Below, piece after piece: positions 25,446 through 34,770 of a stretch of 57,516 nucleotides of DNA. Numbering within the stretch: the first letter of the stretch is position 1; every line of letters begins with the position of its first letter. The DNA comes from an uncultured Gammaproteobacteria bacterium (GTDB lineage: Bacteria > Pseudomonadota > Gammaproteobacteria > Natronospirales > JAIVGZ01). The stretch is taken from the NCBI GenBank assembly GCA_964402835.1, contig CAYODZ010000228.1, forward strand, positions 1 through 57,516. Direction: 5' to 3'. Made by a program: the position numbers and the translations under genes. The notes below the pieces were generated by a model, which was not told where the DNA came from, searched no databases, and was given only the letters and a program-made list of their open reading frames with translations.

Positions 25446-25528
25446 CCCATGTTAAGTTATCTCACGTCACTTCACGGCAGTTGAGAGACGCCGTGTGAGC
25501 CGTCCTCACAACGAAGCTAAGAGCCCTC
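25446..25528. promoter_or_regulatory. Divergent lysis/lysogeny switch region (promoters and operators)
   Basis: 83-bp gap between divergent repressor-like and Cro-like genes, locally AT-richer. Inverted repeat CACGGC-N11-GCCGTG (25472..25494) and repeated CTCAC/GTGAG half-sites. TTGAGAGAC at 25481 recurs at 48203. There is no SD before the repressor ATG, so a leaderless transcript is possible. Confidence 0.4.
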
Positions 25529-25780
25529 ATGGCCGCTGACAATCATTCCGTCGCTCCGTCGGCAGCTCCTCCGCTGCGGAACCGCTTCAAGGCCGCTCTG
25601 GCACTCGCTGGGGGCACGGTTGCCTCCTGGTCGCGCGGCAAGGGTCACACGGAATCCCTGGTCTGGATGAATCTCTCAGGCGAGCGCTACACGGCGGAGA
25701 TTCGCGCCGACATCGCGACCGTCCTCGAGACGACCAGTGAGCATCTCGATGAAGAGATCGCGCGGGAGCGTGTCGCATGA
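25529..25780 (+). CDS. Cro-like small DNA-binding protein (candidate)
   Basis: First rightward gene. HTH-like FKAALALAGGTVASWSRGKGHTESLVWMNLSG. Confidence 0.4.
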   Translation: MAADNHSVAPSAAPPLRNRFKAALALAGGTVASWSRGKGHTESLVWMNLSGERYTAEIRADIATVLETTSEHLDEEIARERVA

Positions 25781-25899
25781 CGTGGCAACTCACCGCAGCC
25801 GGCACGTACTCCGTGCTCCGCAACGGCGTCGAGGTCGCGAGCGGGTGCACGTCTGCAACCGAGGCCGTGATCCTGTGCGCGCTGCTGGAGGCATCATGA
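25777..25899 (+). CDS. Hypothetical 40-aa protein
   Basis: Not in the ORF track (<60 aa). ATGA overlaps at both ends and GC-rich third positions (MTWQLTAAGTYSVLRNGVEVASGCTSATEAVILCALLEAS). Confidence 0.3.
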   Translation: MTWQLTAAGTYSVLRNGVEVASGCTSATEAVILCALLEAS

Positions 25900-26246
25900 G
25901 CGCCCATTGCGACGCGATTAACGACGTCCCGGCATTCACTCCGGGCGAAGCGGTCATGTTCGTCGATGGCAGCTCCAAGGACTTGGTCGATCGACCGGCC
26001 ACGTTCATAGCGGCCGCCGGCACGCATATGGACGGCACGTGGAGGGTTCGCATTCGACTCGAGTCGGGCGAGACACGCGACGTCTACGCTCGCAGAATCT
26101 ACCGTCGCCCGGTCGCTGGTGGCGCTCTCGCCGCTGGCCATGAGTCGTCTCGCATGGCGAACGATACCGCCGCTGTCACACCCCCTGTAATTCCGCATTC
26201 CGGCCGGAATGGAACCGGTTCGGACACGGTTCGGGCGGCGACATGA
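25896..26246 (+). CDS. Hypothetical protein
   Basis: ATGA coupling. 116 aa. No motif recognised. Confidence 0.4.
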   Translation: MSAHCDAINDVPAFTPGEAVMFVDGSSKDLVDRPATFIAAAGTHMDGTWRVRIRLESGETRDVYARRIYRRPVAGGALAAGHESSRMANDTAAVTPPVIPHSGRNGTGSDTVRAAT

Positions 26247-26740
26247 ACACGACCGTCGCCCGTCATGACCCGCGCCGCGCGGATCGGTTGAACGCGCAGG
26301 CAGGTCTCGATCTCCAGCGCGCGGGAGGCACCGCTACGCGCATCGCTCGAAGCGCCGGCGTGTCGGCAGAGCTGGCGCGTCGCTGGTGCCGAGGCTCAAG
26401 CGGAAATCCCTTCGCACGCGCCTACCAGGTTGTTGCTGCGCTCGGTGCCGATGTCGACGCGGACCCGTACCCACTCGTGGCCGGGATAAAGATCATCGCG
26501 ATCCAAACTCAGGTGCTGCGCATGACTGACGAGCAGCTCGTCCACCGATTCCACGAGGTGCTGACGAAGGCGACCGCTGCCGAGGCCGATCAACTGATGC
26601 GCAAAGTGAATCTCGCGCGCAGCCGCGACCTGGCGGGACTACGAGACGCATCCGCGATCGAGGCGACACTCGACGAACAACTCGCCGCGATCTGCGCCGA
26701 ACTCCAGCAGCGCGGCATCGACCCATGGACGTGGGAATGA
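26243..26740 (+). CDS. HTH-containing early regulator (candidate)
   Basis: ATRIARSAGVSAELARRWCRG resembles an HTH. 165 aa. Confidence 0.4.
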   Translation: MNTTVARHDPRRADRLNAQAGLDLQRAGGTATRIARSAGVSAELARRWCRGSSGNPFARAYQVVAALGADVDADPYPLVAGIKIIAIQTQVLRMTDEQLVHRFHEVLTKATAAEADQLMRKVNLARSRDLAGLRDASAIEATLDEQLAAICAELQQRGIDPWTWE

Positions 26741-26994
26741 CGATGAACGCGATCGTGCGACGCTCGGCCGCCATGGGCGTGCTGACGTTCGTCGGATTCG
26801 CCCTCGGCGTTGCTGCCGTGCCGTCACCGACGATCCAGCATCGCCAGGCCGAAGCCGACGTCGTCCGCTGCACGGAGGCGCTCGAGCTCACCCTTCATTT
26901 CACTGAAAGCGCGATCCACCAGCTGCGCGATCACATCGGTAGGCTGCCTACCGATTCGTACCGGTCCGCGATCGCACAGGACGGAGGCCGCTGA
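26737..26994 (+). CDS. Small membrane protein
   Basis: ATGA overlap. TM segment AAMGVLTFVGFALGVAAV. Confidence 0.4.
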   Translation: MTMNAIVRRSAAMGVLTFVGFALGVAAVPSPTIQHRQAEADVVRCTEALELTLHFTESAIHQLRDHIGRLPTDSYRSAIAQDGGR

Positions 26995-27236
26995 TGGACA
27001 TTCTCGCCGGCGTTGTGATATGTGTCCTGGTCGCGTGGTTGATAATGATCGTGCCGATCGCGGGCGCGATGGCAGGGCTCGAGGAGCGGCAGAAGCACCA
27101 GGTACCGCCGCGAGTCGTGCTCGATCGCGACGCACCTCTCGAGCACAGCGAGAGGGAGCCGCACGCGGCCATCGGCGCACTGATGGACGAACTCGCCCGC
27201 GATGGCGCCCGGCAGCTGGGAGAGCGGTCGTCATGA
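26994..27236 (+). CDS. Small membrane protein
   Basis: TGATG overlap. N-terminal TM ILAGVVICVLVAWLIMIVPIAGAMAG. Confidence 0.45.
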   Translation: MDILAGVVICVLVAWLIMIVPIAGAMAGLEERQKHQVPPRVVLDRDAPLEHSEREPHAAIGALMDELARDGARQLGERSS

Positions 27237-27388
27237 TGTTCTGGATCGGTTTCGTGGCCGGCGGCTTTGTGTGCGGATCCATCGGCCTGCTGCTCGGGTG
27301 CATTCTCGCGGCCGGTGCGCGTGCCGATGAGCGGATGGCGTTCGTGCTGGAGAGGGAGGGTGCGGTCGTGGGGCGCATGAGAGAGTAA
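27233..27388 (+). CDS. Small membrane protein (51 aa)
   Basis: ATGA overlap. MMFWIGFVAGGFVCGSIGLLLGCILAAG. Below the ORF-track size cutoff as a stand-alone ORF. Confidence 0.35.
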   Translation: MMFWIGFVAGGFVCGSIGLLLGCILAAGARADERMAFVLEREGAVVGRMRE

Positions 27389-27538
27389 TCGAGGGTCGTG
27401 GCGACGGTTGCGCCCGTCGTCCGTGGGAGTCCTGCCTGCTCCCACACCCTCATTGAAAAGCAGAAGCCGCCCAGTGCACCCGGGAAGGTAGACACTGAAC
27501 GGCTTCAGGACCCGGCGAACCGGGGTCACCTGTCAAAT

Positions 27539-28939
27539 ATGGAGAATGAGATGAGCGAGAGCAACGATCAGAATGGAAACGGCGGGACGGCGCTAACTAC
27601 ATCGGAGCAGCCCGGCATAGAAAACATCCGAAGAGCTGGGGCCGTCGCCGTTGCCGAGCGGAAAGCGCTCCGCGAGATGTACGTCATGCTCGAGGGCTGC
27701 GAGTGGGGCAGCGGGAACAGCGTCGTTCGAGGATCCGGATTCTCCGATTCGGCGCGGGCCGCGCTCGCCAAGCTGTGCGTGGTCACGCGAGCGAATCCAC
27801 AGATCCACATCGACATCCTGGGCGGCAAGCCGTACCACAACGCGCAGTATTTCCGCGATCGAGTCTCGCCCGATCCGTATTTTATCGACGACGTCCAGCG
27901 GAACATCTCGCCTGGCATCATCGTGCAGCTGCGCGAGCAGGCACAGCAGGCGCTCGATGAGGCGAAGCGCATGGGGCTGCCGGAGCCGACGCAGGAGGTT
28001 CAGGACCTGCTGGCGGATGCGCGCATGATCGCGCGGCTTCACTCCGAGTACGCCGTGCCGGCGTGGGCGACGATTGCGTACGAGACGATCATCCGCCGCT
28101 ACACGGAGAACGCGCCGCTGGACAAGATCCGGAACGGCGAGGTCGCGGACCCCTCCGTGTTCATCCGTACGGTGCGCGAATGCAATTGGGCCGGCAATAA
28201 GCCGGAAAGGAAGAAGAGCGGCGGCGGCACGTACGATCCTGACCCCATCGGCAACATGGATCCGGAGAAGACGGCACGCACCCGTTCGTTCCGCCGCTGT
28301 GCACGCAACGCGTTCTCCGTGTGGTTCGACAAGTTCGACGATTCGATCCAGCGCGCGTACGAAATGGTCGAGGCGGAGTGGGAGGAAGTGAAGGACCGGC
28401 CGCTGCCTCCCGGAAATGCCATCGCAACCGGCGACGGCGAACCCACCTCCACGCGCGCCGCGCTGCCGGAGCGGCTGCCGGTGAGTGACATCACGAGCGC
28501 CGATGAGCGTGAGCCGGAACCCGTGGAAGCGCGCACGACGCAAGCGACGACACCCGCCCGCGAAGCCACGACGGCCGCGGCGCCTGCGGAGCCTGCTGCC
28601 GAGGAGCAGCCGAACGGCGAGTTCACCGAAGCGGACCGCCAGGAGCTCCGGAAGCGCCTGTTCCCGGACCTGCTGGAGAACGGGATCAAGGGCGAGCCTG
28701 CACGAAAGGCGTGGGCCACGGAGAACGAGCTGCCGGAATCCACGAAGACGTGGACGCGTCGCGACTTCGATGATGCATTCCGCATCCTCGAGGGACCGGC
28801 GCGGGAGGAGCTGCTCGAAGCGGTCGGCGCGCACGGCTTCGAGTCCGTCGACGAGTTCTGCACCGCACGTTCGCTGGAGCTGCCGGTGACGCTGAAGGAC
28901 GTGAAGGCTCTCAGCCGTATCGTCCGTGCGAGTTCGTGA
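27539..28939 (+). CDS. Single-strand annealing protein candidate (RecT/Red-beta-like N-terminal half, acidic C-terminal half)
   Basis: ILGGKPYHNAQYF and ..EKTARTRSFRRCARNAFS.. resemble RecT-family blocks (..KTA.RRL.K..). Neighbours are HNH and SbcCD. Start chosen at MENEMSES. Confidence 0.4.
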   Translation: MENEMSESNDQNGNGGTALTTSEQPGIENIRRAGAVAVAERKALREMYVMLEGCEWGSGNSVVRGSGFSDSARAALAKLCVVTRANPQIHIDILGGKPYHNAQYFRDRVSPDPYFIDDVQRNISPGIIVQLREQAQQALDEAKRMGLPEPTQEVQDLLADARMIARLHSEYAVPAWATIAYETIIRRYTENAPLDKIRNGEVADPSVFIRTVRECNWAGNKPERKKSGGGTYDPDPIGNMDPEKTARTRSFRRCARNAFSVWFDKFDDSIQRAYEMVEAEWEEVKDRPLPPGNAIATGDGEPTSTRAALPERLPVSDITSADEREPEPVEARTTQATTPAREATTAAAPAEPAAEEQPNGEFTEADRQELRKRLFPDLLENGIKGEPARKAWATENELPESTKTWTRRDFDDAFRILEGPAREELLEAVGAHGFESVDEFCTARSLELPVTLKDVKALSRIVRASS

Positions 28940-29514
28940 TGAGTAGTTCTCTTTGCGAATGCGGATGCGGCGAGGAAGCGCCCTTGGCGCCGCGCAACAA
29001 GATTTCTCGGGGATGGATTAAAGGTCAGCCCGTGCGCTTCAAGGCCGGCCACAACCTCCGCATGCGAACTGGTGAGAATCACCCGTCGTGGAACGGAGGT
29101 AAGCGACGCAAGGCCGGTGGCCGTTATGTCGGCGTAAGGGCTCCGGATCACCCGCGTGCCGATCCGAGCGGATATGTCCTGGAGCATATCCTGGTAGCAG
29201 AACGCGCCCTCGGAAAGGCTCTTCCGGAAGCGTGTCAGGTGCACCATTTGAACGGTGATGGCACCCTGAACTCCGGCAGAAACCTGGTGATTTGCCAAGA
29301 CCAGGCCTACCACCATCTCCTGCACCGGCGGCAGCGTGCTCTAGATGCGTCCGGTCACGCTGACTGGATCCGCTGCAACATCTGCCGTGGATACGGACCC
29401 GCGGAAGACATGTACCTGCGCGACGGCGGCAAATGGGGAAGTCACCGAACCTGCCAGACCGAGAAGAATCGGCAGCGACCCTCCCGCGCCGGAGGTGCGA
29501 GATGCGCGGCGTAG
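28936..29514 (+). CDS. HNH endonuclease
   Basis: GYVLEHILVAERALGKALP...VHHLNGD...NL..C.D...HHLLH matches the HNH_3 pattern, with N- and C-terminal Cys clusters. Confidence 0.75.
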   Translation: MMSSSLCECGCGEEAPLAPRNKISRGWIKGQPVRFKAGHNLRMRTGENHPSWNGGKRRKAGGRYVGVRAPDHPRADPSGYVLEHILVAERALGKALPEACQVHHLNGDGTLNSGRNLVICQDQAYHHLLHRRQRALDASGHADWIRCNICRGYGPAEDMYLRDGGKWGSHRTCQTEKNRQRPSRAGGARCAA

Positions 29515-30626
29515 CGACATCCGATTTGCACCTCTCGTTCACGCGCCATCCGGCGGTGATCGCAGGCCGAAACGCTCGCGCAGTCGACGTCGAGCGGGCA
29601 TGGGACGCCGCGGTGCAGCACGCGGTCGATTATCAGCCCGACCTGTTCACGGTGGCCGGGGATTGCTTCGACCATCCGAGACCGTCGATGCACGCGCTGA
29701 AGGCATTCCAGCGCGGCATCATGACAGTGCTGCGCGAGACGGACGCTCACGTCGTCGTAATCGTCGGCAACCATGAAGGCAGTCGTACCGTTGAGGCGCT
29801 CTCTCCCGTCGTGGTGGTCGATGATCTGGACAAGCGCGTGCACGTCGTGCAGCAGCCGGAGCGTCTGGTCCTCCTGATTCATCGCACGGGGGAGCGCTGT
29901 GCGATCGACTGCTTCCCGTTCGGCGTTCTCGGCCAGGCGGGCGCGCACGAGTTGGCACCGGATCCGTCGGCGGACGTTTCGATGTTGCTCATCCATGCAG
30001 CGGTGCGGAGCAGCGCGTCGCCGGCGGCGGTGCCTTCCTTCTATGCCGGGCCGGACAAAGTGGATGTCGGTCCGTTCGCGGATCAGTACGACGTCATCGC
30101 CTGCGGCGACTTCCACGAGTTCCGTCGGCTGCACCCGAAGCGGCTGGCGTTTTACAGCGGCAGTGTGGAAAGGACGTCATCGAACATCTGGGATGAGCCC
30201 GCGCCGAAGGGCGTCGTGGCGTATGACACCGCCGATGGCTCGCTCGAACTGCTGAAGATCCCGACGCGGCCGATGCATGACATCGACTACCGCGGCACGC
30301 CGACGGCCGAAGGCGTGAACGAAGCGCTGGCGCTGCTCGTGGAGCGTGACTACGACGGCGTGATGGCTCGCCTCGTCGTCGAGGACTTCCCGCGCGAGGA
30401 GAGGGACGGACTGGATCAGAATCTCGTGCGCAACCTACGGAATCAGTGCCTGCACTTCGACCTGACGCTGCGCTATCGCGAGAGCCAGCGGCAGGAGGTG
30501 CAGGCCCGCCGCGAGAACATCGCTCGGAGCCTCGATGAGGAATGCGAAGCGTTCATGGCGGACGACCCGCAGGCCGTGCGCGAGACGGCGCTCGAGTTCA
30601 TGAGCGCAGCGGGAGGAACATCATGA
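29502..30626 (+). CDS. sbcD: SbcD/Mre11-family metallophosphoesterase nuclease
   Basis: Motifs SDLHL, AGDCFDH, IVGNHE, CGDFHE (calcineurin-like phosphoesterase motifs I-V). Upstream of an SbcC-like ATPase. Confidence 0.8.
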   Translation: MRGVATSDLHLSFTRHPAVIAGRNARAVDVERAWDAAVQHAVDYQPDLFTVAGDCFDHPRPSMHALKAFQRGIMTVLRETDAHVVVIVGNHEGSRTVEALSPVVVVDDLDKRVHVVQQPERLVLLIHRTGERCAIDCFPFGVLGQAGAHELAPDPSADVSMLLIHAAVRSSASPAAVPSFYAGPDKVDVGPFADQYDVIACGDFHEFRRLHPKRLAFYSGSVERTSSNIWDEPAPKGVVAYDTADGSLELLKIPTRPMHDIDYRGTPTAEGVNEALALLVERDYDGVMARLVVEDFPREERDGLDQNLVRNLRNQCLHFDLTLRYRESQRQEVQARRENIARSLDEECEAFMADDPQAVRETALEFMSAAGGTS

Positions 30627-30910
30627 ACGACAGCTCGTCGATCCCGTGGGAGTTGGCATACGCACTACGTGTGCTTCTCGATGAGGGCTTGGGCGAAAAC
30701 GTCTACCATGTTCGCGATGATGAGCTCAAGGGCTGGGAGGGTCCACGAGTCGTCGCTTACGGCAACGCCTGCACGGTGGCGGAGCAGTACGCGGTGCCGG
30801 CAGACGCAACGAGGACTCCGCCGACACCGGAGGAGCAGGAGATCGCAAAGCTGCAGGCTGAGAAAGAGGAGATCGACGCTCGCATCGCTCAGCTGCGAGG
30901 TGCGCCATGA
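30623..30910 (+). CDS. Hypothetical protein between sbcD and sbcC
   Basis: ATGA overlaps on both sides. 95 aa with a C-terminal coiled coil (EEQEIAKLQAEKEEIDARIAQL). Confidence 0.45.
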   Translation: MNDSSSIPWELAYALRVLLDEGLGENVYHVRDDELKGWEGPRVVAYGNACTVAEQYAVPADATRTPPTPEEQEIAKLQAEKEEIDARIAQLRGAP

Positions 30911-33381
30911 GACTGATCAGCATCCAACTGCGGGACTTCCGGGCGCATGAGGACACGCGAGTCGACTTCCCGGGGAGCGGCGTCATCTCGTTCACCGGAT
31001 CGAACGAGGCCGGCAAGTCCACGATCGCGGTCGAGGCGCTGCTCTTCGCGTTGTTCGGTGCACCGGCGATACGCGGCAAGCTGGACGGCGTGAAGTTCAA
31101 GGGCGCGCCCGCCAAGCGGCGGCCGGAAGTGGAGCTCGTGCTCGAGCTGGACGGCGAGCGGATCCGGATCGTGCGGACGGACAAGAACGCCAAGGTGTTC
31201 GCCGGCGAAGCCGACATTCCGGTTGCTGCCGGCACGTCTCCCTCGAACGGGTATCTGCGCCAGCGGCTCGGGCTGTCGCTCGAGGAATTCTCGGCAGCGT
31301 TCGTAGCGCAGCAGCGCGACCTGGCGCGTATCGCCGGCATGGGCCCGGTGGAGCGGCAGCAGTTCATCCGCGAAGTGATCGGAATATCGCGCATCGACCG
31401 TGCACTGAAGTCACTCCGTCGCCGGAAGAACGAGCTCGCGAGCGAGCGCGAAGGACTCGCCGTCGGCCTCGGTGAGCGGAGCCCACTGCTCGAGGAGCGG
31501 GACTCCGCGGCCGCGGCGGTTGCATCTGCCAGCGACGCCTGCCACACGGCCTCGGTCGCCATCGGCGCCGCGACCGCTGAGGCTTGGCAGGCGAGCGAGG
31601 CGCTGGCCACGTCGACCGCGCGGAAGGACGCGCACGATGCGGCGGCACGACGTCTCGACACGGCGCAGGCTGATTGCCGGAGCGCGCGCATCGAGATCGA
31701 CCGGCTGAACGTCGAGCTGACGGACGCGCACGCGGCGCGTGCTGCGCTGGCGGCCGAGCAGGTCGAGCTGCAGAAGATCCCGGGGCTCCGCACGGAGCGC
31801 GACCGGCTTCTGGCCGCGAAGGCGGCCGCATCGGAGCGCACGACGCTCGAGCATTCCGCGCAGATGGCGCAGCACGATGTGCAGCAGTACGGCGACTACG
31901 TGAAGGACTGCGATCGCGTGATCGCGGAGTACGACCAGCAGGTGTTCGCCGCATTCAAGGAGGAATACCGGGCTGCCCAGGAGCGGTTTAGTCGCATGAT
32001 CGCGGATCGTACGCGCCAGCACGCTGAGCTCAACGCCGCGGCGGACGCGGCCAGCAAGCGCGAAGAGAAGATCGCGCAGCAGATCCGGACGCTCTACGCG
32101 CACGGCGCCGACGGTCAGTGCCCGCTGTGCCTGGGTGACCTGACTGACCGGTTCGAGACCGTCATCGAAACGCTGGGCGATGAGGCCAACCTGCTCTGCA
32201 GTGAGGCCACGGATCTCCGCGATAGCGCGGCCGCGCTCGCCGACCCGTCCGATGACGAGCTCGCGCTCGACGCGGAACTCGAAGACCTGAAGCAGAAGGG
32301 CGAGCGGTACCGGCAGGCGGAGAAGGATTGCACGGCGGCCAAGGAGCAGAAGCCGTCATGGGCGCGTCAGCTCCAGATCGCGAAGAGCCGGGTCGCGGAG
32401 TGCGCCGCGAAGCTGACTGCGCTGCCGAATGCCGTCTACATCCCGGAGGCGCTCGTCCAGGTGAACGATGAGATCACGCGCCTCGAGGCGATCGACCGCG
32501 GTCTCGCAGACGTCCGCGGCCGCGCGTCCCGTATCGATCTGCTGCTGGAGCAGCGGTCGGCCGCTGAGCAGCGCGCCACGGACGCCGAAGCGCACGTGAA
32601 GCAGGCAGAGGAGGCGATCGCTGCTGCCGAGTTCGATCTCCAGCACCACACGGTGGTGACGGCGGCCGCGAAGGTCACGGAGCAGGCGCTGGCGGCGGCG
32701 CGGCAGGAGGAAGCGCGCGCGACGGAGCAGCTGCGCGGGGCCGAGGCGGCGCTCAGGAAGGCGGAGCAGGCACTCGCGGCCTATGACACGCGCGCGGGCC
32801 AACTCGACGCCCTGACGCAGACCGTCCAGGTGCACGAGGCAGCAGCCGAGCGGCTGGATGCGTTCCGCGTCGCGGCCGCGGCGACACTCCGCCCGGAGAT
32901 GGAGGAGTACATGTCCGGGTTCATCTCGGTCCTGACCGACGGCCGTCATGAGAGCGTGACGATCGGCGACGACTTCTCGGTGATCTGCCAGGAGTCCGGC
33001 GTCGACATGGAGGTGATCAGCGGCGGGGCGGAGGATGTGGTCGCGCTCGCACAGCGCGTGGCGCTCTCTCAGATGATCGCAGAGCGGAGAGGCCGGCCGC
33101 TGTCGCTGCTCGTGCTCGATGAGCCGTTCGGCGCACTCGACGCAGAGCGTCGGCCGGCGGTGCTCGATTTCCTGCGGCGGCTCTCGGCGACGTTCAGTCA
33201 GGTCGTCGTGATCAGCCACGTCGACGAGTCCAAGTACGCAGCCGATCACGTGATCCAGGTGGAGCACGATGCGGCGAGAGGCTGCTCGCGCGTGCTGATG
33301 CCCGACATCGCCGGCGAAAGTCGGCAGGAGTCGGCGATCAGCGGCGAACGCCGGCAGAGTCCGGCGGGAGCGGCAGCATGA
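30907..33381 (+). CDS. sbcC: SbcC/Rad50-family SMC-like ATPase
   Basis: Walker A GSNEAGKST, long coiled coils, zinc hook CPLC (DGQCPLCLG), signature/Walker B GGAEDVVAL...LLVLDEPFGALD. Confidence 0.85.
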   Translation: MRLISIQLRDFRAHEDTRVDFPGSGVISFTGSNEAGKSTIAVEALLFALFGAPAIRGKLDGVKFKGAPAKRRPEVELVLELDGERIRIVRTDKNAKVFAGEADIPVAAGTSPSNGYLRQRLGLSLEEFSAAFVAQQRDLARIAGMGPVERQQFIREVIGISRIDRALKSLRRRKNELASEREGLAVGLGERSPLLEERDSAAAAVASASDACHTASVAIGAATAEAWQASEALATSTARKDAHDAAARRLDTAQADCRSARIEIDRLNVELTDAHAARAALAAEQVELQKIPGLRTERDRLLAAKAAASERTTLEHSAQMAQHDVQQYGDYVKDCDRVIAEYDQQVFAAFKEEYRAAQERFSRMIADRTRQHAELNAAADAASKREEKIAQQIRTLYAHGADGQCPLCLGDLTDRFETVIETLGDEANLLCSEATDLRDSAAALADPSDDELALDAELEDLKQKGERYRQAEKDCTAAKEQKPSWARQLQIAKSRVAECAAKLTALPNAVYIPEALVQVNDEITRLEAIDRGLADVRGRASRIDLLLEQRSAAEQRATDAEAHVKQAEEAIAAAEFDLQHHTVVTAAAKVTEQALAAARQEEARATEQLRGAEAALRKAEQALAAYDTRAGQLDALTQTVQVHEAAAERLDAFRVAAAATLRPEMEEYMSGFISVLTDGRHESVTIGDDFSVICQESGVDMEVISGGAEDVVALAQRVALSQMIAERRGRPLSLLVLDEPFGALDAERRPAVLDFLRRLSATFSQVVVISHVDESKYAADHVIQVEHDAARGCSRVLMPDIAGESRQESAISGERRQSPAGAAA

Positions 33382-33938
33382 CGCTGATTTTGTCGTCTGA
33401 CTTCGGCGTTCCGGATGTGCACTTCCAGCGTGTCGCCCACACAATGCGTCAGCGCGCGAAGTACTCGCCGACCTTCGATGGCGCGGCCGAGTTCCGTAAC
33501 CAGCTGCTGCTGCGAACGCTCACGCGCGATGATCTGCAGACACAGGCGCGGCTCATGTTCAGTCGCGATGTGGGGCACCACACATCCGGATGGATGAAGA
33601 ACCCGGATTACGAGAGGTGCTGGCATCTGTCGATCAGCTACCGGGATCGCAGGACTGGCATTCCTATTCCGCACGAGATGCGTGTATCGGAGCGGTGGTG
33701 CCGCGCCTTCTTCCGCGACGACCTGCGTTACGCCTGGTGCGAGTCGCCGAAGTCACCGCGGGGAATCGATCTCGGGGTGTGGCATTGGCGCGTGTTCACA
33801 GACGAGCATTGGCGGGCGATTCTGCCGCGAGGCGAGGTCTACTCGACGGAATTCACGGAGCTCGGCTGGAAGTCGGCAACGGAGCTGTTTGACCTCGGCC
33901 AAGGCGGCGGTGTGATCAGCACCGTGGATCCGTCATGA
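33378..33938 (+). CDS. Hypothetical protein
   Basis: ATGA overlap. 186 aa, Trp/His/Arg-rich. No motif recognised. Confidence 0.45.
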   Translation: MTLILSSDFGVPDVHFQRVAHTMRQRAKYSPTFDGAAEFRNQLLLRTLTRDDLQTQARLMFSRDVGHHTSGWMKNPDYERCWHLSISYRDRRTGIPIPHEMRVSERWCRAFFRDDLRYAWCESPKSPRGIDLGVWHWRVFTDEHWRAILPRGEVYSTEFTELGWKSATELFDLGQGGGVISTVDPS

Positions 33939-34516
33939 GCGCAGCGTGCAGCAGGGGATGGGGCGCGCGGTGCGCGTCCGCGAGTGGCCCGCGCTGCACC
34001 TGCGCGTGCAACGGTCAGAATCATGGCAACCCAGCCGCCCGGAAAGCCGAACAGGAGGATCTCATGCCGAACCTGACGGACCACCGTGTATTCCAGCGTG
34101 AGTTGATCTGCGCACGGTGCGAACATCCCATCGCGGCCGGAGATGAGCCGGCAGCCGGCGAGTGCCGTTGCGGGAGCGGCGACGTCGTCGAACGCAATTA
34201 TCGGGAATTCCTGCCCGGTGCTGATGCAGTGCGTGACGTCCGCTGCGTGCGGCATGACGCGGGCGCACTGGTCGACATCCCGCAGCGCTTTGTCGTGCAT
34301 TCGCCCACCGGCTTCGAGTTCGGATACGGCGGCAGCGGCCCGGCGGACCTCGCGCTGAACGTGCTCGCGCTGTTGGTTCCGCCGCAGGAAGCGTGGAGGC
34401 TGCATCAGCGATTCAAGTTCGACTGCATTGCGAAGATCCCGCGAGACGGCGGCGTCATCGAGGCTGCGTCCGTTCGCGAGTGGATCCGCCTCCAGTGGGA
34501 AGCGGCGGCCGCGTGA
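33935..34516 (+). CDS. Hypothetical protein with SPTGFEFGYGGSGPADLALN motif
   Basis: ATGA overlap at 33935. A strong AGGAGG RBS precedes the internal ATG 34064, which may be the true start. Confidence 0.45.
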   Translation: MSAACSRGWGARCASASGPRCTCACNGQNHGNPAARKAEQEDLMPNLTDHRVFQRELICARCEHPIAAGDEPAAGECRCGSGDVVERNYREFLPGADAVRDVRCVRHDAGALVDIPQRFVVHSPTGFEFGYGGSGPADLALNVLALLVPPQEAWRLHQRFKFDCIAKIPRDGGVIEAASVREWIRLQWEAAAA

Positions 34517-34770
34517 TGGACGCACCTGCCCGCCCTGCGCGCTGCTCCCGCGGCCGGCTGCTCCGCCAGCATTCGGAGGAGTGCTGGCGAGCGACGCAGT
34601 ACGTGGGTACGCGCGGCATGTCCGGAGCGGGCGACATGATCCTCCAGGAGTCGCGCGGGCGGATCGTGCGTCATCTCTGCGAGACGTGGGGCGCGCAGCG
34701 CGTGCTGTCGCACATGCAGAAGGTGTTCAGCGTTCTGCGCGTCGTCGAGCGCAAGGTGGTCATGGGATGA
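34516..34770 (+). CDS. Hypothetical protein
   Basis: Start overlaps the upstream stop (GTGATG). 84 aa. Confidence 0.35.
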   Translation: MDAPARPARCSRGRLLRQHSEECWRATQYVGTRGMSGAGDMILQESRGRIVRHLCETWGAQRVLSHMQKVFSVLRVVERKVVMG

